DNA of 64,000 nucleotides from Nitrospirota bacterium (GTDB lineage Bacteria; Nitrospirota; UBA9217): NCBI GenBank assembly GCA_963818475.1, contig CAWFSF010000005.1, positions 704,001 to 768,000 of the forward strand, read 5' to 3'. Shown piece by piece: positions 61,587 to 64,000 of this stretch (position 1 is its first letter; each line of letters starts with the position of its first letter). The notes under the pieces were generated by a model. It saw only the letters and a program-made list of their open reading frames with translations, ran no database searches and was not told where the DNA came from. The position numbers and the translations under genes were made by a program.

Positions 61587-61780
61587 TGATGGGACCTCCG
61601 GCCTCCAGAATATCGGAACTGTTCCGACACTCTGGAGACTGGGAGTCGAACCCAGATAGACTCTCGCTTGCGCGAGCGCGTTTCCATTACGCCATCTCCC
61701 TCTTTTGAGTCTATACGAAATTGATCTGCAAATACAAGCTTTTTTATGCTGGCTCCATGTACGCGCGGTCAATCAAAAAC

Positions 61781-62533
61781 TCAAGAATCTTCCTTGGGAA
61801 CACCTATCTGCTTAAGTTGTTGCCGTAGGTCAGATGCAAGGGCGTTAGCCATTTCTTTAAATGCATCTAGTCGATTAATTCGATCTTCAAGCAGTTTTCG
61901 CGCGCTATCATCGGGTTCGATTGTCTTAGTTAGATCACTTTCTGCGGTGATGAAGCGAATTACTCGAAGATCAATACCATCCTCCAAGTTAGCAGCTTCA
62001 ACAAGCGTGACCCAGTCCTTTGATTCTTCTAAGACAGTTTGAGCAGCCTGCGTTATACAATAACGAATTAGTACCTTTGCAGAATAGTCCAAGCCATTGA
62101 TAATCTCAAGCCATTTTTTAGTTTCTGCGTTCTGCTCAGTTTCGTCGACCGGGGTTCTTTCAGAACGAAAATATCTGGGTGTATTGCTGGTGGGATCAAG
62201 ACTTTCAAGGGTTCGAAGGATCGGTTCCAAATCCTCGAACGGACGCTTACCGTTGGGTAACTGATCGCGACGTTCCCAAAGTCCCAAAATGGCATCGGCG
62301 CATTTTGCTAGCTTGGCTGGCCGATCCTCAATCTTGGCGGTCTCTGCGGATTCAATCAATTCCGAGATGTAGTGAGCCATCCAGCGACTCAGCGTATCCA
62401 CGCCCGGATCAAGATTGAGTTGCTTGACTAAGGCCCGTCCAAGTTCCAATATGCCCTTTAGTGTCGGCGATGGAACCGTCGGCCCGGAGGAGGAGGATTT
62501 TGTCATGTGTTTTCTTTTTCTCGTCTGTGTCAT
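61781..62533 (-). CDS. avs3b: AVAST type 3 accessory protein Avs3b-like
   Basis: LELGRALV..DTLSRWMAHYI..ILGLW.RR..LP.G.RPFE..LESLDP..PRYF, recognised from memory of the family; downstream of Avs3a-like gene. Confidence 0.7.
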   Translation of the reverse strand: MTQTRKRKHMTKSSSSGPTVPSPTLKGILELGRALVKQLNLDPGVDTLSRWMAHYISELIESAETAKIEDRPAKLAKCADAILGLWERRDQLPNGKRPFEDLEPILRTLESLDPTSNTPRYFRSERTPVDETEQNAETKKWLEIINGLDYSAKVLIRYCITQAAQTVLEESKDWVTLVEAANLEDGIDLRVIRFITAESDLTKTIEPDDSARKLLEDRINRLDAFKEMANALASDLRQQLKQIGVPKEDS

Positions 62534-64000
62534 ATGACCTTCCGTATTCGTTTTTGAGTCGGCGTTCAATCTGCACTTCACAGATTAAATCCCATCCTTC
62601 ATTAGTAAAGAAAGACCTCACAATATCTGCTTTTGCCCAAAGTCGCCAGCCATCCGAGCGAATTCTCCGAGGGTAGTAGTCGTCTTCCGGAGACGGTTCG
62701 TCACACCATGCTTCATATAAGAATGCAGCCTCGCCTGTGCTACTACAAACCCAGGTCCGAGGATTCCCAGTCTTTTGGACAAGTCCAAGTGCCTCTGAGA
62801 GCTTAAGGCCTGGTGTACCCCTTATTTGGCGTACCTCATATCTGAACGGATCGTTCTCATCGAAGCGCATGTCACTTTCAATGCGCGTGAGCCAGCCGAG
62901 AAGTTGATAAGGCGGTTCATCAATCTGCATATTGTCATTCTCGTCCGGTAAGCGAAAGTCCCAGGGATCGCTTGCCGTTTGAAGCGCACAAACAAGTGAG
63001 TTCGCAGTTTTAGGCGATACAAGCGCTGAATTGATCCGAACATTCACCTCCCGCTTTGGGAAATGGATGCTGTAGTAGCCCTCAACAACGATCCATCCCG
63101 TTCGGATTTGAGAATGTGCTCCGATTTCGGTGAGAAACTCATCACGGCGCACACTGTGGAGCCAGCCGCGATCAGTTCTTGAGTCCTCCAGCCATAGCCG
63201 ATGCTCAAGAGGCGTTGCACCGCGATTATCTGAAAGCCAATACGGAGGTTCTGTCAGTAGTATTTTTCGAAGCCAATAGCCGAAACTACCAAACTCATCC
63301 TCATCTTCATTCAAAATCTGATGGGTGGTCAGCAGTTCTCCAACTACACAATGCATTGCATGCCACTCAAGATGTGTTCCGTAGCGCTCAACTATTGGAA
63401 AGGAACCATGGCTATGTGACCATAACGCGTAACGTCTTTCATCGTAGCGACCTTTCCTCGGTTCTTTATCCCACCAATGAGCTTCTGGACCGGCTCCCCA
63501 TTTGTCGACAATCCATCTTTCTGCTATGTCAAGTATCTGATCCTGAGATACCGTCGGAAAAATGCGAAGAATATCTTCGTACCAATAAGGAAGTGTGTCC
63601 ATCGCATCGAACCTAAATCGACGTTTTTCTTGCGGATCACGGAATGACCGATATGTGTCTTTCTTGTCGGTCATCCTGCCTTTGAGAGCGGTGTTAATCT
63701 GCTCGATAACTGTACTTTCGTCCGCGGTTAGTGAAATTGCGCCTCCGGATGCCAGTTGAAGAAGCGTCCGTTTCGCATATTCTCGAATCCCAATGTGCGG
63801 TAATTCTGATGAAGTCGCGAGATCAAAAACCTGTGCCTTGCATGATTTTAGCGCTTCAGGTGTTTCAACACTAATTCGATATAACGAGATCGTTAACCAG
63901 AGTTTGGCCGCTAGGAAGTAAAAGGGACCAGAGGGGATGCGGAAGGCAACATCTTTGACTCTGCCAGATTGTAAGATCGTTGCTTTGACGATATCGGAGC
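62409..64000 (-). CDS. avs3a: AVAST type 3 Avs3a-like protein, C-terminal part (runs off window)
   Basis: Frame open to window edge; PFYFLAAKLWL, PHIGIR, PYW, LEWHAM..VGELL, SALVS; NTPase domain outside window. Confidence 0.6.
   Translation of the reverse strand, partial: SDIVKATILQSGRVKDVAFRIPSGPFYFLAAKLWLTISLYRISVETPEALKSCKAQVFDLATSSELPHIGIREYAKRTLLQLASGGAISLTADESTVIEQINTALKGRMTDKKDTYRSFRDPQEKRRFRFDAMDTLPYWYEDILRIFPTVSQDQILDIAERWIVDKWGAGPEAHWWDKEPRKGRYDERRYALWSHSHGSFPIVERYGTHLEWHAMHCVVGELLTTHQILNEDEDEFGSFGYWLRKILLTEPPYWLSDNRGATPLEHRLWLEDSRTDRGWLHSVRRDEFLTEIGAHSQIRTGWIVVEGYYSIHFPKREVNVRINSALVSPKTANSLVCALQTASDPWDFRLPDENDNMQIDEPPYQLLGWLTRIESDMRFDENDPFRYEVRQIRGTPGLKLSEALGLVQKTGNPRTWVCSSTGEAAFLYEAWCDEPSPEDDYYPRRIRSDGWRLWAKADIVRSFFTNEGWDLICEVQIERRLKNEYGRSYDTDEKKKTHDKILLLRADGSIADTKGHIGTWTGLSQATQS

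Overview
A GC-rich diderm bacterial chromosome segment; Nitrospirota or Desulfobacterota is plausible but not determinable from the sequence. It has six blocks. (1) 1-9.9 kb: housekeeping genes dapA (start only), dapF, lysA, an FN3 lipoprotein, argH, argG and two cyclophilins, then PilZ, a ferritin-like gene and a probable outer-membrane protein. The first 7.5 kb is full of single-base frameshifts that look like read errors. (2) 9.9-24.5 kb: an ABC-transporter-dependent surface glycan locus with wzm/wzt, five GT2 enzymes, two FkbM methyltransferases (one with a 42-aa-repeat coiled coil), a sulfotransferase, a radical SAM protein, wbaP and waaL. (3) 24.8-32.8 kb: NmrA-like oxidoreductase, B12 radical SAM, a hybrid kinase with a PstS-like binding protein, and tRNA-Val/tRNA-Asp. 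(4) 33-44.4 kb: a Ser/Thr phospho-signalling island with 2 Hanks kinases, 2 PP2C, 4 FHA proteins (one an FHA-sigma54 activator), vWA domains and a -24/-12 promoter. (5) 44.6-57.9 kb: a polymorphic-toxin region. A Sec-signal RHS protein ends in a tip that closely resembles animal serum amyloid A. It is followed by a small membrane partner, an orphan MepA-like peptidase with a FIMAH partner, a duplicated RHS core, XRE remnants, a heptaheme cytochrome and secreted proteins. Two near-identical lux-box-like promoters bracket the block. (6) 58-64 kb: VapBC, a HEPN protein and an AVAST type 3-like (Avs3a/Avs3b) defence system. Intergenic spacers carry 7-mer arrays, 9-mer palindromes and TIR-wrapped REP-like elements. 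All family assignments come from motif recognition; no searches were run.
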